A stretch of DNA of 55,048 bases from a virus (taxonomy: Duplodnaviria > Caudoviricetes), in IMG/VR virus record IMGVR_UViG_3300022074_000050, positions 1-55,048 of that record; one strand, 5' to 3'. Position 1 is the stretch's first letter. Each line of letters begins with the position of its first letter. Positions 36,792 through 45,553 of this stretch are shown here, piece after piece. A program made the translations under genes and the position numbers. The notes below the pieces were generated by a model. That model saw nothing but the letters and a program-made list of their open reading frames with translations, was not told where the DNA came from and ran no database searches.

Positions 36792-37556
36792 TTAAGCTAC
36801 CTCATCCCAATTAGGGGTTTGACTGTCTGAAACATCAGCCCACCCAGGAGTCTGACTGTCCGTTATATTATTCCAATTTGGAGTTTGAGCCTCATTTACT
36901 AGACCCCAAACATTAAAATACCCTATCTCCGCTGTTCCAGATACTCCAGTTACCCCAATAACTGCATCCGCAACAACTACATTACCAACCGCTCCAGTTG
37001 CTGCAACACCTGTTGGAACGATCGTTTGGCCCAGACCAACAGTGACTGTGCCAACCGCTGAAGTACCTGCCACACCTGTAACAGAAAATACTGCATCTCC
37101 TGTTGCAGTGACTGTGCCAACCGCTGAAGTACCTGCCACACCTGTAACAGCAACATTCGCATCTGAGCTAATTGTGGTTGTTCCGACAGCCGAAGTACCC
37201 GCGACTCCAGTGACTGAAGCATTCGCATCTGCGCTGACCGTAACTGAGCCAACCGCTCCAGTACCAGTAATGCCAGTAACACTAACATTCGCATCTGACG
37301 ATACAGTAAGCGTTCCGATAGCTCCCGTTCCTGCCACTCCCGTAACAGAAACGGTAATGCCCGTTCCTTCAACAATCGTAACGGAGCCAATCGACCCCGT
37401 TCCTGCCACACCTGTGACAGCAGCATTCGCATCCGCAGAAACTGTGACGGAACCGACCGCTCCAGTTGCTGCAACACCTGTAACCTCAACAGGGTCTGCT
37501 TGACCCCATGGGCCTTCGCCCCAAGTGCCTCTGCCCCATCCATTAAGGTCTGCCAC
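36792..37556 (-). CDS. Gly/Val/Thr/Ala-repeat virion (fibre-like) protein
   Basis: About 22-aa repeats VTGVAGTxAVGxVT; exact ~45-bp internal duplication near 37040 and 37107. Confidence 0.8.
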   Translation of the reverse strand: MADLNGWGRGTWGEGPWGQADPVEVTGVAATGAVGSVTVSADANAAVTGVAGTGSIGSVTIVEGTGITVSVTGVAGTGAIGTLTVSSDANVSVTGITGTGAVGSVTVSADANASVTGVAGTSAVGTTTISSDANVAVTGVAGTSAVGTVTATGDAVFSVTGVAGTSAVGTVTVGLGQTIVPTGVAATGAVGNVVVADAVIGVTGVSGTAEIGYFNVWGLVNEAQTPNWNNITDSQTPGWADVSDSQTPNWDEVA

Positions 37557-37566
37557 ATATTACTCG

Positions 37567-37998
37567 CTATGCGATACGAATAATGGCGTTAGACGCATCC
37601 GCTGTAGGGAATTGAATAGTAAAATCCCCTGAACTAGATGTTTTATCTCCGCCAAAATCTAAAGCACAAACAGACGGATCACCTGACGCGCTATCGTTAA
37701 AAATCAATGCGCCACGTGCAGTAATACTGCTAGAGCTAAAGGTCAAATTTGCAAAATCTGTCAATGCCGTAGTTCCAGAGGTGCTCGGATCTACACGAGT
37801 GAGTGCAGCACCTTTAGCCGTATAGCCTGTACCAGAAACTTCATTAGACGTAGTATAGGCTGTAGTGCCTGCGCCCAAAGAAGCGGAACTTGTGTACAGC
37901 GCCAAGTTAAAGGTACTGCCGCCTGAATTTTTAAAATTGTGCACTGCTTCCATAAGTTCTTTCTTAAAAGAAGTACACATTGCGGTCGTAATAGCCAT
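37567..37998 (-). CDS. Putative virion structural protein
   Basis: 143 aa; F.LALYT..A, Y...G..L, LDFGGDKT motifs. Confidence 0.75.
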   Translation of the reverse strand: MAITTAMCTSFKKELMEAVHNFKNSGGSTFNLALYTSSASLGAGTTAYTTSNEVSGTGYTAKGAALTRVDPSTSGTTALTDFANLTFSSSSITARGALIFNDSASGDPSVCALDFGGDKTSSSGDFTIQFPTADASNAIIRIA

Positions 37999-38288
37999 TA
38001 TAGACTCCTAATTATGTCTGCCATGTCTTTATGGCCTTGACGTTCTAATTCAGCAATTAAGGTTGTTCTATCACTTTTAATTGCTTCTTTTATATAAAAA
38101 CTTACCGTTGTTTGTACAGATTGCTTGAACGCTTCGGCCTGTTGTGCAATTACGGGGTGGCATTCCCCCCCAACACTAATAATTCTATCAGAAGCAACTT
38201 TTGCCCAAAACTCAGGATCATGTCCTTTATCTGTAGTCGTTGTTACAAATACTTCGCCTATCTCCATCTGCGGAGCTTGAATCAACAT
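37998..38288 (-). CDS. Hypothetical protein
   Basis: 96 aa, coupled to the downstream gene. Confidence 0.75.
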   Translation of the reverse strand: MLIQAPQMEIGEVFVTTTTDKGHDPEFWAKVASDRIISVGGECHPVIAQQAEAFKQSVQTTVSFYIKEAIKSDRTTLIAELERQGHKDMADIIRSL

Positions 38289-38293
38289 TTCAT

Positions 38294-38929
38294 TTATCCT
38301 TTAGAAATATCGTACCGATATTCGTCTCTTGAACCATAGCCTTGACCTAAGTTTTTAAGACCGTTTACTGCTTGAACAAAGCGTTGCTCATATTGAGCTA
38401 CTTCTTCTGGAACTTTAAGAAAAGTCGCAGCCTCCACTAAAGTGCCATATAACATCGCGTCGGGAGCATTATCAGAAAGCCATGTCGTTTCTGAACCTGA
38501 AGTCGTAGTTAACGATGCAGGCCGGTATTTATAGTGTAGTTCAAACGAATAACCTTGATCTGGAGTAGGTGCTAACATAAAAGTATTATCATCAAATAAT
38601 GCATAATACTTTGGAATGCCTGTCGTTGCAGAATTAGGCGTAAAGTCTCTAATAAAAGAAACGTGTTTATACAACAAGTAGCTATACACGCTGCTAGAGA
38701 TTACAGCCAAACTGTAAGGTGCTAAAAAGTCAGTTGGCGTACTTAAATAGGTGTTACTCGCAGAAGCAGAACCTGTTACGTTTTTTCTAAAAACCGGCAG
38801 CTCTACTGCTTTTAAAATCCGTTCTTCAGCTTCTTTAATAAACGTATCTAAATCAGAAACGAAAGTTGTTTCTGCTGTTTCGCAATAATCTTGAACCGTA
38901 GACTTCAATGTAGCTAATGTAAAACTCAT
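38294..38929 (-). CDS. Head-tail adaptor-like protein
   Basis: FIKEAEERI, G.PKYY, APTPD..Y..EL.Y, TWLS..APD.MLYG.L.EA. Confidence 0.7.
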   Translation of the reverse strand: MSFTLATLKSTVQDYCETAETTFVSDLDTFIKEAEERILKAVELPVFRKNVTGSASASNTYLSTPTDFLAPYSLAVISSSVYSYLLYKHVSFIRDFTPNSATTGIPKYYALFDDNTFMLAPTPDQGYSFELHYKYRPASLTTTSGSETTWLSDNAPDAMLYGTLVEAATFLKVPEEVAQYEQRFVQAVNGLKNLGQGYGSRDEYRYDISKG

Positions 38930-39294
38930 GTCGTTGTCACCGTAATAGTTCCGACACTACCTGTAGCTAAGACACCTACAAAATCAGTACCAATAGGGTC
39001 TACAACACTTAACGGTTGGCCACCTACATTAACGCCTGAATCAGTTGTATTACTCGGCCCTGTCGTTCTTACCAGTCCTAACTGCGCTTGTGGTAAAGGG
39101 GTTTCAGGTCTAGCTTGTCTTAGCCCCTCTGGATCAGAAACATGGTGCGGAGGATCTAGTTGTGGATGTTTAGGTTCGAAACATTCTGAACAAACTTTAA
39201 AGCCTGTCCATTCCATTTTCATCTGTAGATATTTGACACGAAACCCACAACGGTCACAGACGCCGTATGCGTATTTACCTACCGCAAAAGCCAT
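38926..39294 (-). CDS. Protein with N-terminal CxxC...CxxC zinc-finger-like motif
   Basis: CDRCG...CSECFEPKHPQL. Confidence 0.8.
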   Translation of the reverse strand: MAFAVGKYAYGVCDRCGFRVKYLQMKMEWTGFKVCSECFEPKHPQLDPPHHVSDPEGLRQARPETPLPQAQLGLVRTTGPSNTTDSGVNVGGQPLSVVDPIGTDFVGVLATGSVGTITVTTT

Positions 39295-39962
39295 TACAAA
39301 TAAGTCCGTTTAGGTACTAATCTTAATGAGCCGTCGTCATCGTAACGTATTGCGTTTATTAAGTTCTGTTCGTACAAAGGTTGTAATAACCCTGCTTTTT
39401 CTGGATTCTTTTTTATAGCTAAATAAAAAGCTAATCCAGAGGTAAGACAAGGAAGAAATCTACTAGGTAAATCTACATCGTTTACAGACTCTGTAATATC
39501 TTGGATGCGTTTCCAACGGTACGATACAAATTTATCTGTAGAGTTTTCAGGCGCAGGCCAGACATAGAGCTTCGGTGTAATCGTGCGCTCAAGATAATAT
39601 TGAGTGACTCGCGCTTTCGTTAACTTATTAGGTATATCTAAATATTCCCCACGATCTATACGATCTAGTTGGAAATCTGTTTGTATTCCGTTAGTTGTTC
39701 GACGTATAACAGCGTCTAAAATATCTATATCAAACTGATTCAAATCGTAAGTCGTTTGACCTTCAACTAAATCTAAAGATACTTGTTCTACTTCCCATAT
39801 TTGTATGCCCCTGTTTGACCAGTCAGCAAACATAATATTCATAGAACGGCGTGCGGTTACACCGTCGTAACCAGTACGATATTCTAGACCTGCTAGTTCA
39901 TACGCCTCTTCTATCGCATCAGCAGCATTTAGACTAAAAGTGCGTGTGCCGGATGTAGCCAT
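39294..39962 (-). CDS. Head-tail connector/tail tubular protein A-like
   Basis: MATSGT, ARRSMN....W.NRG, LYVWP.P, RFLPCL..GLA. Confidence 0.7.
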   Translation of the reverse strand: MATSGTRTFSLNAADAIEEAYELAGLEYRTGYDGVTARRSMNIMFADWSNRGIQIWEVEQVSLDLVEGQTTYDLNQFDIDILDAVIRRTTNGIQTDFQLDRIDRGEYLDIPNKLTKARVTQYYLERTITPKLYVWPAPENSTDKFVSYRWKRIQDITESVNDVDLPSRFLPCLTSGLAFYLAIKKNPEKAGLLQPLYEQNLINAIRYDDDGSLRLVPKRTYL

Positions 39963-40369
39963 TACCCATAGTTCTTCAAAAGTTCTAAGACAATAACATA
40001 ACTATCATTGGATGACGCGCCGATAGTCGTCAGGTTGAGATCTCCAGTTTTACCACTACCCGCAGTATTTTTTAAACCGCCGAACTCACTGAAGTCCATG
40101 TGACCATTACTATCCTGAGCTAATCCTAGGGCTATCGTATCAGTAGTCGCATCAAACAAAAGCTGTACTTGTGTAAAGCCGATAATTGAATGACTTACTT
40201 TTTCTATAAGCACACTACTACACGCAGTTCCATCTTCTCTCGCTGCCAAACCACTAACGTCAATCTTAGTTACGGCATCTTCGCCAGTACCGTCACTAAG
40301 ATTAGTTAGTTGTATGACAGCTTTATGCGTACCATCAGAGATAGTTGTTGAAGTTACTGCATCTGCCAT
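39962..40369 (-). CDS. Putative virion protein
   Basis: 135 aa, beta-rich. Confidence 0.75.
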   Translation of the reverse strand: MADAVTSTTISDGTHKAVIQLTNLSDGTGEDAVTKIDVSGLAAREDGTACSSVLIEKVSHSIIGFTQVQLLFDATTDTIALGLAQDSNGHMDFSEFGGLKNTAGSGKTGDLNLTTIGASSNDSYVIVLELLKNYG

Positions 40370-40386
40370 ATCAATTTACTCCCGTA

Positions 40387-40893
40387 TTAAGCGTCTGCAA
40401 ACGGAGTGACGATAGTGCCTGATCCAAGGGTCAGCCCTTCTATTGCATACTTCGCACTAGCGATAGCTGTAACTCGGATAATACTTCCTGCAAGACCGCC
40501 TTTAGTGCTGCCGTTTAACGTAATTACGTCGTTAGAAGCCCCAGAAATAAAGGTTTTACCAGTTGCGTCATCTACGCCTGTGTAAACCCCTCCAACAAAC
40601 TTATCGGTGCCGTCTGTCAAAATATCCATATCAGTAGCAGCTGTTACAACTACGAATGTAAATTGAGCACCTAAATTATTTGTTTGATCTGGGGAAGTTG
40701 GGTCGGTAGGACTAGTTGTAACGATTGAGGGCAAAGTAAACTTACCGTCTGCATCATTACAAAGAAGAATCTTACCCGCGTGAGATGCAACAGTTATTGT
40801 TGTGTCTGCGGTTAGGCTAACTGTAGCGTTAGTCCCTGCGTTTATAAAACCCGCCAAAGATCTGACTGGGCCAGCAAAAGTAGTCTGTGCCAT
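40387..40893 (-). CDS. Putative head decoration/fibre protein
   Basis: MAQTTFAGPVRS..GF start, Thr/Gly-rich; follows the capsid gene; GAGGT RBS. Confidence 0.7.
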   Translation of the reverse strand: MAQTTFAGPVRSLAGFINAGTNATVSLTADTTITVASHAGKILLCNDADGKFTLPSIVTTSPTDPTSPDQTNNLGAQFTFVVVTAATDMDILTDGTDKFVGGVYTGVDDATGKTFISGASNDVITLNGSTKGGLAGSIIRVTAIASAKYAIEGLTLGSGTIVTPFADA

Positions 40894-40906
40894 TATAAAT
40901 ACCTCT

Positions 40907-40977
40907 TTACGAAAGGATTCGCCCTAGAGTCTTCGTAACGTCCGTCTGAGTCGGTCGCTAGGGCTGTTTTTCTCAGA
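40907..40977 (-). ncRNA. Candidate structured RNA leader (two hairpins with complementary loops)
   Basis: TCTGAG/CTCAGA and TTACGAAG/TTTCGTAA stems; loops carry GCCCTAG and CTAGGGC. Confidence 0.55.
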
Positions 40978-40995
40978 TAATGCGTTTATACAGGA

Positions 40996-41030
40996 GAAAA
41001 AGAAAAGGGGCAACTAGTGCCCCTTTCTTT
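40996..41030 (-). terminator. Rho-independent terminator after the major capsid gene
   Basis: Stem AAAGGGGCA/TGCCCCTTT with a 5-nt loop, then TCTTTTT on the minus strand. Confidence 0.88.
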
Positions 41031-41037
41031 CGCGATA

Positions 41038-41949
41038 TTACGCAGCTCCAGGAGAGCCGAAAATACCACGCCAGTCGGAGAAGCCAAAGCTGTATCGCTC
41101 TCTGGCCTTGTACCGAACATTACCAGTTTCGAAGTCACCTTCCATACTGGTCGATACAGGAGAACGCACAAAGTGCTTCAGACCGTTAGGTACGTCAGTC
41201 GTCAGGAAGAACGCATCAGTATCTGTTAGATAATGATTGACGGTGTATCCCTCAGGAACCATACCCATGTTGCGTAGTGCGTTGATATCGTTATCAGCCG
41301 TACCGACTCGTCCAGGAGTTTCCAGTAGACGATCTGCAACGAATTGCAGTGCGGTTGGGATAATCAGCTTACGGGCTTGTGCGTTGATCTTTAGACCCCG
41401 CTCATCTTCGAAAGCTGCGATATCGATCAGCGACTGCTCTAGTGAGGTTTCATTAAGATCCGACGCAGTCGATAGCTCGTTGCGTTGGGTCTCATTACCT
41501 ACAGTCGGGTGATCAGTTGCACACAGTTCTTTGCCATCACCACCAACAAAAGAAGAACTAAACGCATTGTTCAATACGTTCGCGCCCTTAATGTTTTTAG
41601 TGGTCATCATAGAACGAGCAAGTGCTCGCGTATAACGTGAGGACAAGGTGTCGTACAAATTATCTTCAATAGCTTCTTCAGTCAATGAAAAAGCCAAAGC
41701 GATAGTTTCATGCGAGTACCGTGCAGTAAAAGATTCTTGTGCGGTGTCATAAGTAACACCAGAACCTTCAAACTTTACAGGAGCTTCGCCGAAGCCAGTC
41801 AACATTACCTCTTCTTCAAAAGCTCGTTCTGAAGTTTCGGTTTCGAAGATTTCTTCGTACTCAGCGTCGTAGCGATCATACTCTAGTCCGAAAAGAGCAT
41901 GAAGGCCAGGAACAAGCTCTTTTACGAGTTGCGCTCTATTAATAGCCAT
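41038..41949 (-). CDS. Major capsid protein
   Basis: 303 aa; AINRAQL.KEL.PGL..LFG.EY start, RERYSFG.SDWRG.FGS.G end; follows scaffold, precedes terminator. Confidence 0.9.
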   Translation of the reverse strand: MAINRAQLVKELVPGLHALFGLEYDRYDAEYEEIFETETSERAFEEEVMLTGFGEAPVKFEGSGVTYDTAQESFTARYSHETIALAFSLTEEAIEDNLYDTLSSRYTRALARSMMTTKNIKGANVLNNAFSSSFVGGDGKELCATDHPTVGNETQRNELSTASDLNETSLEQSLIDIAAFEDERGLKINAQARKLIIPTALQFVADRLLETPGRVGTADNDINALRNMGMVPEGYTVNHYLTDTDAFFLTTDVPNGLKHFVRSPVSTSMEGDFETGNVRYKARERYSFGFSDWRGIFGSPGAA

Positions 41950-41966
41950 TAGTTACTCTCCTTCGA

Positions 41967-42506
41967 CTATACAGCGAATACGTTAGTTGGGAACGAAAAA
42001 TACCCACGAGCATTAGCACCGATGCTATTGCTTGGGGAATCTACGAACCTATTCAACAACGCTATTCCGCTACTTGTTGTCGCTGTTACACCTTCTTTGG
42101 ATCGACCATTGTTAGTGCTACCAGCGGTAGTAGTGATAGTATATTTACTACCAATGAAACTTACGGCAGGAGTACCTGCTGTAAATTGTGCTTCATACAC
42201 GATTGCAGGATCGGTATACACATACGCTTCTGCGTCAGCACCGCCTAGCGTAGCTAGGTCTGCTGTCCACATATTAGAGTATGTAGGTGTACCGTCTGTT
42301 GCGGTGTAGAAAACGCCAGCAAAAACTCCAGCAGGAGTTCCTGTAGCAGTGCCTTGGATAACGTACCCAGAAGAAAGATTGACTACATCTCCAGTAAAAA
42401 TGGAGGCGTTGGTCGCGCTTGCAATACGCAATTTCTGGGGACGGATCGTTCCACCATAAAGGTGGTAGGCTGGGGTGAACCCGTTAGGGGCGTCAGTATT
42501 AGCCAT
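41967..42506 (-). CDS. Capsid-associated (cement/decoration-like) protein
   Basis: MAN.D.P.GF.P, IFTGD.V, GVF.G..Y, DP..VYE.Q; immediately upstream of MCP. Confidence 0.7.
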   Translation of the reverse strand: MANTDAPNGFTPAYHLYGGTIRPQKLRIASATNASIFTGDVVNLSSGYVIQGTATGTPAGVFAGVFYTATDGTPTYSNMWTADLATLGGADAEAYVYTDPAIVYEAQFTAGTPAVSFIGSKYTITTTAGSTNNGRSKEGVTATTSSGIALLNRFVDSPSNSIGANARGYFSFPTNVFAV

Positions 42507-42533
42507 GATTTAGTCCTCTAAGGAAATAATGAA

Positions 42534-43007
42534 TTAATCCGTAGCCTTTGTGGGGCTTCCGAATTCCACTTTAGTGCTTCTCCGCATGTCGCTTTGTCTC
42601 AGCGGCATTCTTGGATCGGCCTCTCGCATCAAATCATTATCAACACCTTGAAGTTGTTCCGCAGTCTTACTGTTATAGTAATAATTACGTTCTTCAACGG
42701 TCTCTTCAGGAATTTTAGCGAGAATAAGACCACCAACACCTATCACACCGGCGTGTTTACCGTCCTCAATCGTAGGGGCATCGAAATCTGGATGATCTTC
42801 TGCTCTTACAGGCTCGAATCCTTCACGAATACGTTTAGACATATTCGCTCGGTCATCATGCCCACGGACTTCTGCACGAACCCACCTGTGTTTATATCCA
42901 GGAGGGGCGGTAGGGGCGTCTAACATAGATGGCGGTTGCCAAGGTTTACGGCGAGTTTTCTTTTCTCGTGTTTCAGCAGACCTGGAGGTACGATCTGTCA
43001 TTTTCAT
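42534..43007 (-). CDS. Head-module hypothetical protein
   Basis: W.PPS.L.AP..P.GYKHRWVR, EG.EPV, GGL.LAKIP. Confidence 0.8.
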   Translation of the reverse strand: MKMTDRTSRSAETREKKTRRKPWQPPSMLDAPTAPPGYKHRWVRAEVRGHDDRANMSKRIREGFEPVRAEDHPDFDAPTIEDGKHAGVIGVGGLILAKIPEETVEERNYYYNSKTAEQLQGVDNDLMREADPRMPLRQSDMRRSTKVEFGSPTKATD

Positions 43008-43010
43008 CTC

Positions 43011-43874
43011 CTATACAAACTTTGCGTACTCTTCTAGAGGCACACCTATTCTTTTAGCAATTGCTATTTGTGAAGGTGTGAGTTTTACACTGCGTGCGCC
43101 TTTCTTTACAGAACCAACACCACGGCTGGCACCTGCTACAGAAGATTGCACGTTTTTCGTCTCATCGGCGAACTTTTGTGGAAAGAGGTCTCTCATCTCC
43201 GCATCTACCCTCTGGTAATAATGTTTAGAGCTGGGAGGCACACCTTCCTTAACTAACTTTTGATGAATCCCCATGGCAGCATACGTCATGCCTTCGTCTT
43301 CACCAAACCAACCATTCTTTTCAGCCCATGCTTCCGCACTAGCGTCTGGAGCAGCTGGTTGTATATTCCGTTGCGGCATTTCAGGAACTTGCACTTGTTG
43401 AGGTGCGTTTTTCTGTCGTGCTACTAATCTTTGGGCATTTTGCGCTTCGTAAGAAGTTTTAGCAACCGCTTCTGTAGCTAGAGCAATAGCTTCAGCATCA
43501 CCAAGTTCTTGAGCTTCTTTGAGTGCCCTACGCGCTCGCTCCTTATCTAGCTCAATACGCTGAGTATACTCATTGACTAGAGTTGAATCGGAGGAATGTA
43601 ACTTAGTTTGAAGTTGGTTATTTTGCTCAGAGATTTTCTTAGCAAACTCAATCGCTTCTTCTCTCTGGCGTTCAGCTTCACGCATACGATAAGTTAGCTT
43701 ATCAATGCGTTTTTTAACACCGTCGCTGTATTCTTCTAATTCATCAGAGTTAGAAGCAGTTTCTTCTCGAGCAGACATATCAAAGTCTTGCGCAGGTTCC
43801 TGTAGAACATCCGCTTCTCTAGAATCGACTTCCTCATCAGGAAGTATCAGTTCAATATCTTGGGATTCAGCCAT
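43011..43874 (-). CDS. Capsid scaffolding protein (putative)
   Basis: Acidic N-terminus, coiled coil, W...N.WFG, C-terminal LT.SQ.AIAK..GV..EEYAK. Confidence 0.75.
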   Translation of the reverse strand: MAESQDIELILPDEEVDSREADVLQEPAQDFDMSAREETASNSDELEEYSDGVKKRIDKLTYRMREAERQREEAIEFAKKISEQNNQLQTKLHSSDSTLVNEYTQRIELDKERARRALKEAQELGDAEAIALATEAVAKTSYEAQNAQRLVARQKNAPQQVQVPEMPQRNIQPAAPDASAEAWAEKNGWFGEDEGMTYAAMGIHQKLVKEGVPPSSKHYYQRVDAEMRDLFPQKFADETKNVQSSVAGASRGVGSVKKGARSVKLTPSQIAIAKRIGVPLEEYAKFV

Positions 43875-43885
43875 TACATATCACC

Positions 43886-44347
43886 TTATTGCAGAATATC
43901 TTCTGGATTATTTACAGTAGCTAAAATTTCGTCATCGTTTAAAAGACGCATATCGCCTCCGTCGATGTTAAACCTAGCTCCCGCGTAGCGACCAAAAATT
44001 ACCCAATCACCCTCTTCACACCAAGAGCCATCAGGAAATTTATCTGGATCGGAATAAGCATCTGGGCCTTTTCTTACGACAAGCCCTACTACGGTAGCTA
44101 TCCGCTCTTTATCAAGAGTTTGTTTAGCTAACATAATGCCGCCTTTTGTTTTCTCTGGAGGAGTAAACGGCAGAATTAACAAACGATACCCAGTAGGGTT
44201 CGGCAGTTTATCTGCATGAGCTTCATAATTTTCAGAGGTTATACTTTCTTTAGTAGGTTCCAATGGCGTATCAGAACCAAAATTAAGAACTCGTTCTGGG
44301 GTAGCTCCTATGCTACTTAAATCAACGTCTTCAGTCGTCTTCGACAT
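43886..44347 (-). CDS. groES: GroES-like co-chaperonin
   Basis: PTGYRLLI, KTKGGIML, V...GP, EGDWV.F.RYAG, LLNDDEILA; start moved to ATG 44347. Confidence 0.88.
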   Translation of the reverse strand: MSKTTEDVDLSSIGATPERVLNFGSDTPLEPTKESITSENYEAHADKLPNPTGYRLLILPFTPPEKTKGGIMLAKQTLDKERIATVVGLVVRKGPDAYSDPDKFPDGSWCEEGDWVIFGRYAGARFNIDGGDMRLLNDDEILATVNNPEDILQ

Positions 44348-44531
44348 CTTCCATCCTTCCATGCAGGGTAGTTATTTCTTGTTCAGCGAAATTAAGCCCT
44401 GAGATTTCACCAACGACACGTTGGTACTGAACAAAGTCTTGTGCGCCACCTGTGGCGAGAGTCTGCGCGAGATCTTCTTGTCTCTCGCGCAGCTTGCGGA
44501 GTAAATACTCCGAATATTTTATAAAGTCCAT
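44331..44531 (-). CDS. Small hypothetical protein
   Basis: 66 aa; Y...VGEI.GL pattern. Confidence 0.75.
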   Translation of the reverse strand: MDFIKYSEYLLRKLRERQEDLAQTLATGGAQDFVQYQRVVGEISGLNFAEQEITTLHGRMEDVEDD

Positions 44532-44743
44532 TAGTTAACGTAGCTTGTAAAATCTAATCCTTTAGTAGCTGCGCCAGTTCCTTTTGTCTTTACTTTTTTG
44601 CCAGGAATGCTGATAGTTTTTTCTGCCAGCATCGTAGCTTTTGCAAAACCTTCGTTAGAAGGTTCTGGGATTGACGGTTGAACTCCTGCCTTTTGAGTTT
44701 TAGGGGACGGATAAGGCATTTCCGTGTTTCTAAGGTTTCTCAT
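44531..44743 (-). CDS. Small hypothetical protein
   Basis: 70 aa; KGTGAATKG motif; coupled on both sides. Confidence 0.7.
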   Translation of the reverse strand: MRNLRNTEMPYPSPKTQKAGVQPSIPEPSNEGFAKATMLAEKTISIPGKKVKTKGTGAATKGLDFTSYVN

Positions 44744-44874
44744 TTCTTACTCTTACTACGAGACTTAGAACCTGTTTTACCACCGCGCTTCATTTTCATC
44801 GGCATTTTTTTAGCGGTCTTACCGCCCATACCCATCTTCTTAGGCATCTTTTTATTCGTTTTGTGTCCTGGCAT
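44740..44874 (-). CDS. Very basic Lys/Met-rich micro-protein
   Basis: MPGHK start at 44874 after AGGAG; KMGMGGK and KMKRGGK repeats. Confidence 0.7.
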   Translation of the reverse strand: MPGHKTNKKMPKKMGMGGKTAKKMPMKMKRGGKTGSKSRSKSKK

Positions 44875-44875
44875 T

Positions 44876-45553
44876 CTAATCTCCTTCGGCGTACAAGTTA
44901 TTAAACGTAATGTTCGGATCCATGTAGCTATCGTCAATTTCCGCGCTATGCACGTGTTGACTAGGATAAAAGTCCGGCGCTCCTGAACCTGTCTCCCATA
45001 GCGCAGGATTGGTCGCTCTTACACGATTGTTAGGCAGTGCTACAATATTGCCTGTCCATTTTCCTGCATCAGTCAGCTGAATAACATGACTCTGCTTATG
45101 CTGCGCAGGATCATCAGCTATATCATTTCCTGTATAATCTACAGTAAACAAATACTTCCCTGTATGGAACTCGCTATCTATCTTACATAGCCAAGGGCTA
45201 GAAGATACACGATCCATAACAATAACCTCATGGTCTCGGGAACTACAGTCCCAAGGCTGCGCTAAATGAGTTGCCATTGATTCAGGCATTTCATCAATCA
45301 TCGCGTCAGCAACTAAAGCAGTAATAGGCATCCTAGCCCACATTGCTCCCCCATGAAGATTTTCAGAATCTTCATCTTCATTCAATTCGTATCCTGTAAA
45401 TACGACTTGAAAGGATAAACATCTATCTGGGATAGTGTTTACCGCAATAGCTATTGCATGTAAATACTCTCCGTGATACTGTAGATGATTATGTGTGTAT
45501 TCTTTTCTAACCCAACAATTGAAATGTGGAATATTACTTATTAAGTGTGACAC
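44876..45553 (-). CDS. Hypothetical protein downstream of portal
   Basis: 225 aa; GAMWARMPI, QPWDC, HKQSHV, ALPNNR. Confidence 0.8.
   Translation of the reverse strand: MSHLISNIPHFNCWVRKEYTHNHLQYHGEYLHAIAIAVNTIPDRCLSFQVVFTGYELNEDEDSENLHGGAMWARMPITALVADAMIDEMPESMATHLAQPWDCSSRDHEVIVMDRVSSSPWLCKIDSEFHTGKYLFTVDYTGNDIADDPAQHKQSHVIQLTDAGKWTGNIVALPNNRVRATNPALWETGSGAPDFYPSQHVHSAEIDDSYMDPNITFNNLYAEGD

Noticed and set aside
36977-37558. 193-aa alternative-frame ORF over the Gly/Val/Thr repeat gene
   Set aside because: Explained by the repetitive codons of 36792..37556; no independent evidence
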